Assembly: GCF_006345805.1 (NCBI RefSeq)
Contig: NW_021836140.1
Span: 26,564 to 90,563 of the forward strand
Direction: 5' to 3'
Length of the DNA: 64,000 nucleotides
Source of the DNA: Octopus sinensis
Taxonomy: Eukaryota
A program made the translations under genes and the position numbers. The notes below the pieces were generated by a model. That model was not told where the DNA came from, made no database searches, and saw only the letters and a list, made by a program, of their open reading frames with translations. Of the stretch, positions 1 through 12,649 are shown piece by piece (position 1 is the first letter of the stretch; every line of letters starts with the position of its first letter).

Positions 1-182
1 CATACATACATGTATATATATTTAAAAAAATTTTTACTACCAGTGGCCTAGCGTATAGAAAAATTAGTCAATAGACTATATACTATTCATATAAAATACA
101 GTGTACATTTAAACACCTTGAGCTAGCGTAAGGGAGTCCTATGATGGAAACCTCTTAATGTGTTTAAATGTACACTGCATTT

Positions 183-186
<4 letters not shown>

Positions 187-265
<79 letters not shown>

Positions 266-455
266 TTATACACTCATATGCACATATATATATATATACA
301 TATGTATGTGTGCATGTAAGTATGTATATATATATATATATATCACGGTGACCGAGCAGGCTATCAGATGTTGCTTGCTACACATCGCTGGTCACAATGC
401 GCTTCGCATTGTATTAGCCTTCAAATGACGCCATCCCGCTGGCTAAGCGAGCAGG

Positions 456-512
<57 letters not shown>

Positions 513-612
513 ATACCTACATTTATGCACTCATATGCACATATATATATGTACATATGGATGTACGTATGCATGCATGTATGTATATATATATAAGCAT
601 ATATATGCATAC

Positions 613-662
<50 letters not shown>

Positions 663-690
663 ACATACATACACACGCATATATATATAT
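187..690. repeat. Compound (TA)n/(TG)n/(CATA)n microsatellite block
   Basis: Direct reading. The overlapping YIYI/CVCV ORFs are translations of the repeat. Confidence 0.95.
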
Positions 691-1343
691 GTCCGTTAAA
701 TCACTCGACGCAAGACAACATAATTATCACATTTTAAGCTAAAATTATATAATTTTCCCTGAACAGTGTATTTGCAGCCGGGCATCTGTATTTTTATCCA
801 CTCTATATCATTAATTATATTCCTGGTTTGCTTAGATTGACCTTCTTGGTTGGCAATTTACCATTGAAATATTTCGGTACCTTGAATATATATCTACTCC
901 GGGAACTCTTCATACATTTCATTAGACCCATCAACAATATCATTAGTTTCCCTACCAATAGGTTTACTTGGTATAATTGCTTATAACTAAATAGAAAATC
1001 TATGTGAACTGTTTCATTTCATTCGTCAGTAAGTTCTTAATTTTCTCTTTCTTCGGTCATTCTCTTCGTTTTCTTTTTGTTTTTCCCCCCTCTTCTTTGT
1101 TTTTGGCATCTATTTCAAAAAAAATAAAATCTTTAATGGTTTTATTTTCAACTTGTTTTAAACAAACAACCTCATAACTGTGCCCCTCCCCCCCGCAACT
1201 CATCCCGGATCTGATGCACCTGTTTGTCTGTGAAAATGGCTGAGTTCACTTGTTTGTGTTTAGACTTTAGGACGCCATAGCTTGTATCTTGTGTCTGTGC
1301 TGATGTAGTGAGTTCTTTGTACTCGCAATCCTCTTCTTACTTT

Positions 1344-1344
<1 letters not shown>

Positions 1345-1377
<33 letters not shown>

Positions 1378-1423
1378 GCATCATCATCATCATCATCATC
1401 GTTGTCCGTTTTCGTCGTCATCG

Positions 1424-1456
<33 letters not shown>

Positions 1457-1483
1457 ACATCATCATCATCCTCATCATCATCG

Positions 1484-1515
<32 letters not shown>

Positions 1516-1538
1516 GTTGTCCGTTTTCGTCGTCATCG

Positions 1539-1576
<38 letters not shown>

Positions 1577-1586
1577 GTCATCATCG

Positions 1587-1618
<32 letters not shown>

Positions 1619-2185
1619 GTTGTCCATTTCGTCACCATTGTCATCATCATCATCATCATCATCATCATCGTTGTCCGCTGTCCGTTGTCGTCGTCATCAT
1701 CATCGTCATCGTCACCATCGTCATCAACATTGTCGTCATCATTGCAATATTTATCGCCACCTATAACGTCATCATCAACACGGTCGTCATCATCATCTCT
1801 GTTACCACTTCTACATCACTACCACCACTACCACCACCACCACCACCACCTCCACCAGCCACATCATTACCACCGTGGCTATCATCATAATCGTCATCAT
1901 CATCATCATCATCATCATCATCTATTTCTTTTTCTCTACCACCACCACCATCATCACCATGACCACCACCTTTTTCATCATCTTTCATCCACTTCACTAC
2001 CGCATTCTTCATCACCACCTCTGCCGACATGATCACCACAATGCCAACCATCATCATCACTTATATCACCAATACCTATCACCACCACTTCCTCCATCCT
2101 ATTACTACCACCGTGTCCATCATCGGAATATCAACGTCGTCGTCGTCCTCCTCCTCCTTATTATCTTCATCATCTCTTCATCATG
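1345..2185. repeat. (CAT)n/(CAC)n trinucleotide repeat region
   Basis: Long CAT arrays interrupted by recurring GTTGTCCGTTTTCGTCGT spacers. Gives poly-H/S/I/D/M ORFs. Confidence 0.95.
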
Positions 2186-2287
2186 AATGAATGAAACCTT
2201 AATTACTAAGGAAATTCCTAATTCTATTTCTGAGGTTTTTGCGAAATTTGACGAAATAAAAAAACCAATTGTCAATAATGTAAACTA

Positions 2288-3158
2288 TTAGGTCATCCCA
2301 TAAGTTCTGTCCGAATTTTGAATAAAGAAAACAAGTGATCAAATGTTATATTTAATTGAAATTTAATCCCCAATGTACTTTCCCTGATTATCTATGACTT
2401 CCTTCCATCTATTTACAAGCTTTTTAATCCCATCAATGTAAAACTCTTTTGGTTTCAAAGCGAAGAACTCAGAAATGTCAGTTTCGACCTCCTCCTGGCT
2501 TGCGAAAGTTATGTCCCCCAAATAATTTTGTAAACTCTGAAGGAGCAAGGTCGGAAGAATAAGGTGAATGAGGAATTTTTTCCCAACCAAGCTCTTCGAT
2601 CTTCTGTGATGTGATCTTTGCACTGTGGGGTCTCGCATTGTCCTGATGAAACATCACTCCTTTTCGATTCACTAAACCGAGTCTTTTTTACTTCAAAGCT
2701 TTGAACTAAGCTTTATTGCCAATTCTTCAACTGATAATGCAGGATTTTCTTCAAGTAATGCCTCAAGAAGCTTATCACTAAACTCAACTGGGCGTCCTGT
2801 TTGAACTTCATCTTCAAGGCTGAAATCTCCACTTCTGAATTTTGCAAACCATCTTTTGCAAGTTCTTTCATTCAAGCATTCTTTCCAATAAACTGAGTGT
2901 ATATTTTGAGTCGCTTCGGCTGCAGGGTTTCCTTTTTTGTACTCATAGAGCATTATGTGCCTTAAATGCTCTTTGGATACTTCCATGTTGGAAAATCAAA
3001 GAAATTCTAATTCTATTATTCTGTAAAATAATACTTAATTTAAATGTACCCAAATGCATAAAAATAATTTTTAGTTCCATTAGACATTCTATAATGCTAT
3101 TAAATTTCATTCAATTTTAAAAAAGGTAAAATCGGACAGAACTTATGGGATGATCTGA
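2288..3158 (-). mobile_element. Internally deleted mariner (Tc1/mariner) element, 871 bp
   Basis: 27-bp TIRs TTAGGTCATCCCATAAGTTCTGTCCGA / TCGGACAGAACTTATGGGATGATCTGA (2 mismatches), TA on both sides. N-terminal HTH in ORF 2693-2986 (MEVSKEHLRHIMLYEYKKG...WFAKFRSGDFSLED) is joined directly to the C-terminal HQDNARPH...PYSSDLAPS. The WVPHEL motif and first catalytic Asp are missing. Confidence 0.92.
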
Positions 3159-5307
3159 TATACGGTAATTTAGTCTTCTAAATCATTATCTTTAAAAGAC
3201 AATATATTGGACAAGTTATAGCAAACAGAACGGCGCTTGACATTGTTTCTATAGTATGAAAGGCCCTTCTTATAATTTCAAGCAAAATACCTGCGTATTT
3301 ATCTGAGTTAGATGGAAATTGATAAAGAGCATGTTCTAATTCAGAAAAGTTTGCTTTAATCAAAATCTGGCAGAATTTAACTTATTTCATTTGTCCTCTT
3401 CCTTCTGTTATATTAGAGTAAGCCTTTTTTTATTTTATTAAAATCTAAAGCTTAATAAGTATAAAATATTGGTGAACAATTTCGGCAAAAAGTATATATT
3501 GACAAATATGATGCTATAAGGATTCATACCTACGCATATATCGCCATCAATTCAGTAACTGTTATCATATTCGTATGGCTTGAACAACACAGAACAATAG
3601 CGGTATAGATAGAGGCAAACTATCCATCCTCCTTAACATAATCCTCCACAGAGTTGTTTTGTGCTGTCACTATCACCAGCATCACTAACAACAACAACAA
3701 TAACAAAGCAACAAAGGCAAGGATAACAACTGTTTAGAAAATATCTTTGTAATTCTTTATTGTTTTTTTTTTACGTTTTTGGGGATATGGCTTACATGTC
3801 TGTAAAGAAGTATTCAACAGATAATGGCAGTTTTGCTATTCATTGTGAATAGGTAGGACATATCTTTGTAAGTGCTCACATTGCTTTATTCCTAAATATA
3901 GTAGGCCACAAGTGCTTACTGCTGCAGCAAAATCGGAAGCTCTCTTGTCTATATAGATCTGAGATAATTTTCATATTGCCTGATTTCAGTTTCACAAAGG
4001 CAGATGGCAATGTCTCTCGATTGACATCATTTAACATATAATGGTGCATAACAAACAATCAAGCAAGGAAACAAAAATAACAATCTAAATAATGATAAAG
4101 ATATTGGAATTGATTGAATCAATATGGCTTACTGTCAAAAAATGTCATTAAGGAAATATTTAATGTTAGAAAGGTTTTTTATTACGCTCCCAAAATTCAA
4201 CAAAGAAGACAAGTATTTCAGTTTGCTACTGGTAGTATGGAATGAAGCTTTTAAGTAAATCGTTACGCATTACGAATTAAAAAATATTGTGTGTAGTTAA
4301 TTCTAAAACTGTATTTAAAAGGGTGTTGCTGCTCTGCGACAGCAAACACTTATCTTTAAATTATATATTCGCACACTTGCATACAAGCATGTAGTTTGTG
4401 TAGGATGAGTTACTGCTATTAGAGTGTAGAAGATATATTAGCAATTCAGATACACGCAAAAGCTATTAACGTCATTTAATAATTTATTTAGTTCGTCGTA
4501 TTATCTGCCACCTTGTCACTGACAGTTTCACAGCAACTGGTCTGAAACAAGTTTGTTGGCCAGTATATATAGGCCTCAAAGTTTAAAAAATACCGTTTTT
4601 CTCACCTGTATAGGTCTGTCATTCTGTTTGTCATTGCCTAATGTTCATTGCAGGTAGTTCATTTGAATTTTTGGTTGAAGTTTAAGTTTGTGGTATGTAT
4701 ACTCTCTTCTTTTCTTCTCCCAGTGCGGCACTTATTTCAGTGTGCTGTTGTATAGCTGAATCATAACTTAATGACTTTAAAGAGAATTTATCAGCCCATC
4801 ACGGAAGAGAATAACTGTAGGAATGGTAGTAGTATTAGCAATACGTGTCAAAGTAACTTTGTGGCATGTATCATAAACTCACATATCAGCTACAAAGTCT
4901 GAAATATTGTATTCTGGATACGATGCCTGGAAGAAACATATACAGACTTCTCAAGATGCTACGTAGATGAAGTTTCCCGGAGGATTAACGAAAGAGTCAG
5001 CAGGTACTGGAACGGCAAAGACGAAGAAAGATCTAATTCCGTTTTCTCCCAACTCGTATTAGATTGTCATAATGGCTCCATAAGAAACTTAATTTAGATA
5101 TTTTAACTATTCGTACGTCTGATACTTTATTAAGGCAGGTCACAGAGTCCGTCTACATACCAGTGTGTAAGTCTAACTTCTTCCACCAGTCCGAATGTGG
5201 TGACATCAGTACACTTCACGTAAGCGGTCTTCAGTTCTCATCCGTTATAAAAGATATGTTGCCAGAGACTCTCAATGGTTTACTGTTATACTGTTATATG
5301 ACGCAGA

Positions 5308-5670
5308 CATGGTGGTAAGAAGTTTGCTTCCTCAAGAAAATGATTGGGTTCAGTTCCATACATGGCACCTTGGGCAAGTATCTTCTACAACAGCCTTGAA
5401 CTGACTAAAGCCTTAATGAAACTAAACGAAGCTCGTCGTACATATATATGCGTATGTGTGTGTTTGTATCTGTATTCGACCCTTGCCACCGCTAGACAAC
5501 CGGTGTTGCTGTGTTTATGTAGCCGTAACTTAGCGGCTCGGCAAAAGTGACCGACAGAATAAGAATTAGGCTTAAAAAATAAGTACTGGGGTTGATTCAG
5601 TCGACTAAAAATGCTTCAAGGCGGTGCCCCAGCATGGCCACAGCCTAATGACTGAAACATGTAAAAGATA
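5308..5670 (+). mobile_element. Diverged tRNA-derived SINE, family A
   Basis: GGTTCAGTTCC B-box-like motif, CACCTTGGGCAAGT core, internal TA/TG tract and 3' GGCGGTGCCCCAGCATGGCCACAG...GACTGAAAC tail matching the other family A copies. Confidence 0.75.
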
Positions 5671-7456
5671 ATATTTGTATATGCACAAACACGGGCACAC
5701 ACACACACACACATACACGCATATGTACAAATATACATATATACATATGCATACATATGAAATAATGTGTGCCCTAGTAATTAATGTGAAGTATTCATTA
5801 TCGTAAGGTCGTGAGTTTCCATTCATGGACCAGGCGGTGCGTGTGTCCTTGAGCAAAGAATATAATTTATTTGTATGTGTATATATATATGTGTGTGTGT
5901 GTGTGTATGTGTGTGCGTGTGTGTCTGTGTGCGTGTGTGTCTGTGTGTGTGTGTATGGCGGGGAGCCAATACACTTTTCTCAAATGACCGAATCCACCTA
6001 GGTACTTCAGGGTTGTAAACTGTGTAAGTTTGCATGTATAAATAGGCTTATGGGTACATATACACGTGTGTGATTAGCCTTATAGATTGAACATTCGAAT
6101 ACTGTTCACCGATCATATATTTCTTATCAATTGTACATTGATCTTAGTTTAGCAATATAGATTATTATGTTCAGGAGGAGTACTACGTTCAATTTTTAAA
6201 TGAGTGAAAGTTTTGAATTGAGTGTAAAATTTAAAACCATTTCAACATTTTGTTTTTGGTTGAAGTAATCATTTATCTTTTTTATGTTCTCGTGCATAAG
6301 AAGCTCGTCTTACAACCACGATTCCTTGCGTTACACCTTGTGCAAGAGTTTTCTAACCTCGGGTTGACCCGTGCCCTGAGAATGGAATTTGATAAGTGCA
6401 ATTTGAAAGTCAGCATAAAATTAACTCATACTGAATTTCATGATTCAATACATAATAAATAGCTGATTAACTTAAATCAATTATTCATATTAAATTATTC
6501 ATACATGCAATTTTTATCACAATTTTTTTCCTGATTTAATGATGAAAATGATAAAGATGAGGAGACGAAGAATAATATTCTACAACTATTACTACTTCCG
6601 CTATTTACATTTAAGTGCAGAATTTTTTCAGCTGTTAGCCATAACGCATAAGTGTGAAAATTTATTTTTTCAGTGCCATTACTAACTTTCATGAGAGTTC
6701 TGCTGCCGTTTCAACTTATAAGAATTTATTTAACTAATGATAATTTGAATAAGAGCTAACGCTATTTCCAGTCCGCAGCTGCAACTGACCGTGTTAAAGG
6801 AAACTCATCACTTTATATAAGTCATCCTATTTGCACCTTCTATTAAAAATGTTTGAGCAGCTTTACCAATCTATAGCCCGTTCTTTGTCACTGTTTCTAT
6901 GATTGACAGGTACACTTTTCTGGAGGTCAGACTGTCATAAGAAATAACCAGTGATGAAATGCTTTAGACGGCACCACTGTTCCCTTGCTGGTATCTTTAG
7001 AAACTCCATATTTCAGATTCGAATATATTCAACGAAGACAAAAACGCCAACGAATTATAAAGGATATATTATCTGGATAATTTAATCTGTCCTAATCCAA
7101 TTATCGGTAACTATGAAAAATTACTTGACACTTGTGAAATGGTTAGTTATTCTAAAGGAAGTAAATGTTTCAATTCAAAATTCATAGGAGTTTCGGATAA
7201 GTTTAATTATTGGGAGACACGTAGAACCTAATGTTTTGTGTTTGGCCCTTCATCTGCAAGTGAGCACCAGAATGGAGTAAGGAGTAAGGCTTAGAGAGAG
7301 AGAGGTCATGTGAGAGAATCAGTTATGTTAGGGACGATGTGAATTAAATGAGTTGGAGAGCAAAAGATTAGAGAGGGTAAGTAGAAAGAACCAGAGCCAC
7401 GAATACGACAAAATGAAAGGTGAGAAGTTCAAATAAACGGCGAAGTCGCGAAAAAT

Positions 7457-7460
<4 letters not shown>

Positions 7461-7530
<70 letters not shown>
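7461..7530. repeat. (AG)n microsatellite
   Basis: Direct reading. Confidence 0.95.
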
Positions 7531-7535
<5 letters not shown>

Positions 7536-7760
7536 AAGGTTTCTTTTCATCCAGCGACTATGTACAAGATCCTTCATCATCTCGTTTATCATACTTACTA
7601 TACTGCTTCCAGGAATAGCTTTGTTATTCAATAAATTTTCGGGATGAAATTAGCGAATAAGTAAACTACCAGCATGGAAGACACATTAAAGTTTATACTG
7701 CATGCCAAATAAAACCTAGGTGTGTATACATTATGCATGCATATGTGCCTAATTATGCAC

Positions 7761-7858
<98 letters not shown>

Positions 7859-8173
7859 TAATACTTCAAATATACCGTAAATGGTCCTTTTACATACCGA
7901 ATACTGCTTGGTCGAATTGATTAACAATTAATTAATTCTACCCTTTTTTACTGACAATATAATGATTTCTCTCCAAGAATTTGAACTACAGTTTTCGCCT
8001 CTGTAGAAATGCACTACTCTATGACTCACGTGGGTGGACAGGGAGAATAATAGATCTCATTTGTATTTTTGGATTCGCTAGTACTGGGTGTCCAGCATAG
8101 TTTGTCCGATGTTACAGATATCGGATGGGTATGTTTGGTTCTTAGTATTTTCAAATCCAAATCAGAAGAAATC

Positions 8174-8235
8174 TCTGAGCTGATGAAGGAAAAGTGGCGT
8201 TTAACCCACGAATCCAGAAACAGGCTGTTCTCGGG
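8174..8235 (+). ncRNA. Minimal type I hammerhead ribozyme motif
   Basis: Stem I TCTGAG/CTCGGG (6 bp including 2 G-U). Core CTGATGA at 8180-8186. Stem II GGA/TCC plus GTGG/CCAC. GAAA at 8217-8220. Stem III A-CAG-G-CTG-T. Predicted cleavage after GUU at 8229. Confidence 0.75.
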
Positions 8236-8424
8236 TATCTTATATGGATGTGATCTTTCATTGTTTTTCCCTTATACCTATGTGAGTTATTTTCTGAGTA
8301 TGCATTGTCTGGAGACTTTTACTTGCAGTTGAAGAAATAGCCAAATTTTTGGCTGCTATTTCTGAAAAGTTCGGTGTGCGGTAAAGTGATTTTTTTTACT
8401 TTACCATATTTTTATAAATTAATA

Positions 8425-8434
8425 CTATATATAT

Positions 8435-8521
<87 letters not shown>

Positions 8522-8522
8522 T
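8425..8522. repeat. (TA)n-(GATA)n microsatellite
   Basis: Direct reading. Confidence 0.95.
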
Positions 8523-8784
8523 ACGGGTGTGTGTGATTGTGTATAGAAGAATATATTAATAAAAGGAATTCGAACCTTGTCTGATTTTCACGTTTTATTT
8601 ACAATCTTATAATGATATAATATAAGATAATATAATATAATAAAATAAAATATAGAATGCTAAATGTTCATTCTGATTGAACTAGTACTTTCATGCATTA
8701 AATTCTGCAATCTTCAGGTTCATGTAGTAGTGGTGACAGTCATGCTTCACAATTTTTGACTGTATATATATGACTATATATATA

Positions 8785-8870
8785 TGAGGAGCAGAAGTGT
8801 AGTCTATAAATGCTTATCAATATAGGATTCCATTATAGGGACAACACTTCTGCGAAACGATCGTGAGATG
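8785..8870 (+). ncRNA. Truncated, degenerate hammerhead motif
   Basis: TGAGGA (C3 and the 5' strand of stem I replaced by a TA run). Perfect 10-bp stem II GCAGAAGTGT/ACACTTCTGC. GAAA at 8854-8857. Palindromic stem III ACGATCGT. Position 17 is G, so it is predicted inactive. Confidence 0.55.
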
Positions 8871-10669
8871 CTTTAAAAATTTAATTCGAAACTTTTAAAT
8901 TGCCATATGTATTATTATATATTATATATTCATACTTATACATATTTACATATAATTTTATATATATTTATATTTTTAATACAACAATTATTCTACACAC
9001 GTATATATCTGTCGGAAGAATTCTCTGATATTGATTTCCTGATATTAAGAATATATTATATGGTATATATATATATATATAATGTACATACGCAATACAC
9101 ATATATATAACACATGTATGCCTTTACGAATAATAAGAGAGCACCTACAGTTGACCTGACAGAAATAGAAGAAAAGAAGGACACAAAGAATGTTTTCCGA
9201 AATGCATTCTTGGAAAAATACGAAATGGTTATAGATGGGACGCTTTAATCATAAGTCATCTGGATCAGGTCTGACCAGCAACTAAACAATACAATAACGA
9301 TGCATATTCTGTAAGGCGTGTGTCATTTTCTAGTAATATGGGCTTCAAAACAGAATTACTTTCAATTACTAATTGTAATATACAAAAAAACGTAAGTGAC
9401 GTAGTCGAATACTCCAAAATTATTGGCATGATTCTTCTTTAACTTATCACGTTTCTAACTCAAAACCTATTACACTAGTACAGTCAGACTTTGTTATTAT
9501 CATTGTTGAAACTGATGAATATTTGTCTTACCTGAGAGTAACTGAGATCTCTGCAGATTCATGATCAACTGAAACTTCAGTTTATACAATAGATCCTCAA
9601 CGCTTCTTTATTTTTCAACAGTATCTTAACTTTAATTATTTTCTGTTTGCTCTGGTTTCATAATGCCTGAATACTTCCCTTTCTAGTTTACATAATACTC
9701 TATTTGATACGACTAAGATATATCACTTCAATGTTCATTGTATTTATTTTTGTTTTCAACAATAAAACTTCAAAGAATTGTTACAGAGCTAATCATCAGT
9801 CATTTAATCCCTGGTTTACTTTAATGATATCTTTTCGTTTTTAAACACTATTATTCGCTGAATCTCTCATCAGATTTTATTTTATCTAAGATATGTTTCC
9901 TGCAGCTTGTGTGAACTTTAAAGGACATGTATAGATTCTGGAAGCCAGAAACTTCCTTATTAACTTACCTTTGTTTGATATAATGTGTACAATTTTCTTG
10001 TCAGAATTATCTAGTAATCCATATTATATAATTTCTATAATACTCTTAACTGCAAGATTTATTCAAAATCTAATTCAGGAGAAAACAAACAGTTTTACAA
10101 ATTTTAATCCGTCGTTGCTTAGACTCCAAATTACTTTACTACTAAATTAATAACGCGATACGAAACTGAAAAGTGAGATAATTCTATACTTTAATTTTAA
10201 ATATTTCACTTTCTTCAAGTTAAATTTCAAATTTCATGTCGGAGTAGGTGACGGATGGAAGCTCTTTTTCTAGCGTTAATTCTATTCCACAAAGTCTTCG
10301 ATTTACGCCTTTCGTTTGGTGAATCTTAAAAACAATTCCACACCAGCAGACCTTTTTTTATATTTATCATTCTTATATTTATTCCTCAATCCTTTCCTGT
10401 ATGCAGTCGTGGAAGCTTTTTTCATAGAATTTATGGAATTGAAGATGAGCGATACTTTTACTTACAGTAAGGAGTTTTTAGGAAGTGATTCTGCTGCTCC
10501 TTTTTTGATCTCTTCCAGGATGTTACTCTGTAGTATTTGTAAGTGAATCATATATCTCCATCTTTAGTTTCGTTTTGGATCTGTGCTTGTGGTGGCTCAA
10601 TCTTGGCACGTACTTTTTCAGCAGCATAATCTCATTGAACTTGATGTTTTTCATCTTCTGTTCTTAAAA

Positions 10670-10682
10670 TTATTATTATTAA

Positions 10683-10726
<44 letters not shown>

Positions 10727-11135
10727 TATTATTATTATTATTATTGAGTGAGAGAGCAGTGCATGCCATCAAAGTGACACTGGGGTAAAATATACGAAGC
10801 CCAGTATACCCATCATGACTACCCGTCTGATAAGGGTACTCTAGGCACATGCATCACAACCATATGTGCACGACATGGTGATCTCATATCAAGATAAACA
10901 GCACATGACCTTGCAGGTGGGGCCCAGTTAGAATTTTCTTCTGGTCGAGTAACTCATCCCGCTCAAAACGTCCCTGAATAAGGGTTGTTTAAGTATGTTG
11001 AACGAAAAACCCATTTTTCGAGAGGCGAATTATTCAAACCCCAAAGCATCCCTCTCAATACATGGCTGTGATGCTCCCCCACTATTTCTGATCGTGATCA
11101 GAGATGCACATATCGCCAGCCACTAAGGAACATGC
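10670..11135 (-). mobile_element. Probable 3' end of a non-LTR retroelement or SINE with an (AAT)n tail
   Basis: GC-richer island ending, on the minus strand, in a long (AAT)n run at 10670-10745. Single copy in the window, family not identified. Confidence 0.35.
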
Positions 11136-11239
11136 AAATCTGTAGTATTGAGCAGAATATTTGCTCTAGCCCATCTTTTATACCAAGACAAAACAATGTA
11201 CATGATAACACTTCCAATCAGTTAAGATCAGAAGCCACT

Positions 11240-11460
<221 letters not shown>

Positions 11461-11479
11461 TGGCACTGGGCAAAATACA

Positions 11480-11640
11480 TAGCTGCATTTCAGCCGTCTT
11501 TACATTCTGAGTTCAAATTCCACCAAAGTTGACTTGCCTTTCATCTTTTGGGGTTGATAAAATTAGCACCATTGAAGACTGGGATCGACTAACTCCCTTC
11601 CTCAACATTTCAGGCCTTATACCTTATAGTAGATAATATT
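11480..11640 (+). mobile_element. Diverged SINE family B fragment
   Basis: CTGAGTTCAAATTCCACC...GACTTGCCTTTCATC...GGGGTTGATAAA resembles the copies at 32831 and 60359. Confidence 0.65.
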
Positions 11641-11890
11641 ATTACTAATACTTATAACAATGATGCATAGTCACAAATTTTAAGGGAAGAGTGCAGTCAA
11701 CTGACCGAACCAGTATTTCGCTTCTACTTGATCATATTGAGAGATGATTGGTAAATCCACTTCCAGTGAGATTTCAATTTAGAAGATAATGAACATGTCT
11801 ACTGCACAATATTTTATCTAGTGCTCTATCAATTCTCCATTCTACCTTCCTTGTGATAATAATATTTATTTCTTATAAGAACATTATATC

Positions 11891-12074
11891 TCTTTTACTT
11901 GTTTCAGTCACGTGACTATGGCCATGCTGGAGTACCGCCTTTAGTCAAGCAAATCGACCCCAGGACTTGTTCTTTGTAAGCCTATTGGTTTATTTTGCCA
12001 AACCGCTAAGTTACGGAGACGTAAACACATCAGCATCGGTTGTCAAGCAATGTTGGGTAGACAAACACAGATAT

Positions 12075-12133
<59 letters not shown>

Positions 12134-12628
12134 CGCAGGAGTGGCTGTGTGGTAAGTATCTTGCTAACCAACCACATGGTTCCGGGTTCAGTCCCACTGC
12201 GTGGCATCTTGGGCAAGTGTCTTCTGCTATAGCCCCGGGCCGACCAATGCCTTGTGAGTGGATTTGGTAGACGGAAATTGAAAGAAGCCTGTCGTATATA
12301 AGTATATATATGTGTGTATGTGTGTGTGTTTGTCCCCCTAGCATTGCTTGACAACCGGTGCTGGGGTGTTTACGTCCCCGTCACTTAGCGGTTCGGCAAA
12401 AGAGACCGATAAAATAAGTACTGGGCTTACAAAGAATAAGTCCCGGGGTCGATTTGCTCGACTAAAGGCCGCAGTCAAATGACTGAAACAAGTAAAAGAG
12501 AGTAAAGAGTTTATACATGTATACGACGGACCTCTTTCAGTTTCCGTCTACCAAATCCACTCACGAGGCTTTGGTCGACCCGAGGCTTTGGTAAGCAAGC
12601 TACTTACCACACAGTCACTCCTACGCCT
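11891..12628 (-). mobile_element. SINE family A, split by a nested insertion
   Basis: Reverse-complement 3' half at 11891-12130 and reverse-complement 5' half, with an internal deletion, at 12511-12628. Confidence 0.8.
12131..12510 (+). mobile_element. Near full-length SINE family A (small deletion in the tail) nested in the (TA)n tract of the minus-strand copy
   Basis: Head AGGCGCAGGAGTGGCTGTGTGG (A box) and GGTTCAGTCCC (B box). Tail CAGTCAAATGACTGAAACAAGTAAAAGAG. Confidence 0.88.
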
Positions 12629-12649
12629 ATGTGCAATTATTCTTTTTTT

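Noticed and set aside
985-1035. Minus-strand CTGACGA...GAAA hammerhead-like match
   Set aside because: Stem II is only 2 bp and stem I does not pair. Compatible with chance.
168-2186. Long ORFs rich in YI, CV, H, S, D or M (also at 19507, 40284 and 46878)
   Set aside because: They are translations of di-, tri- and tetranucleotide microsatellites with no coding signal.
4940-5090. YVDEVSRRINERVSRY, resembling a GIY-YIG motif
   Set aside because: Key Gly and His are absent and no supporting RT or HHR was found nearby. It needs a profile search.
9400-10640. Possibly degraded LINE ORF on the minus strand
   Set aside because: No diagnostic motif could be recovered by eye.
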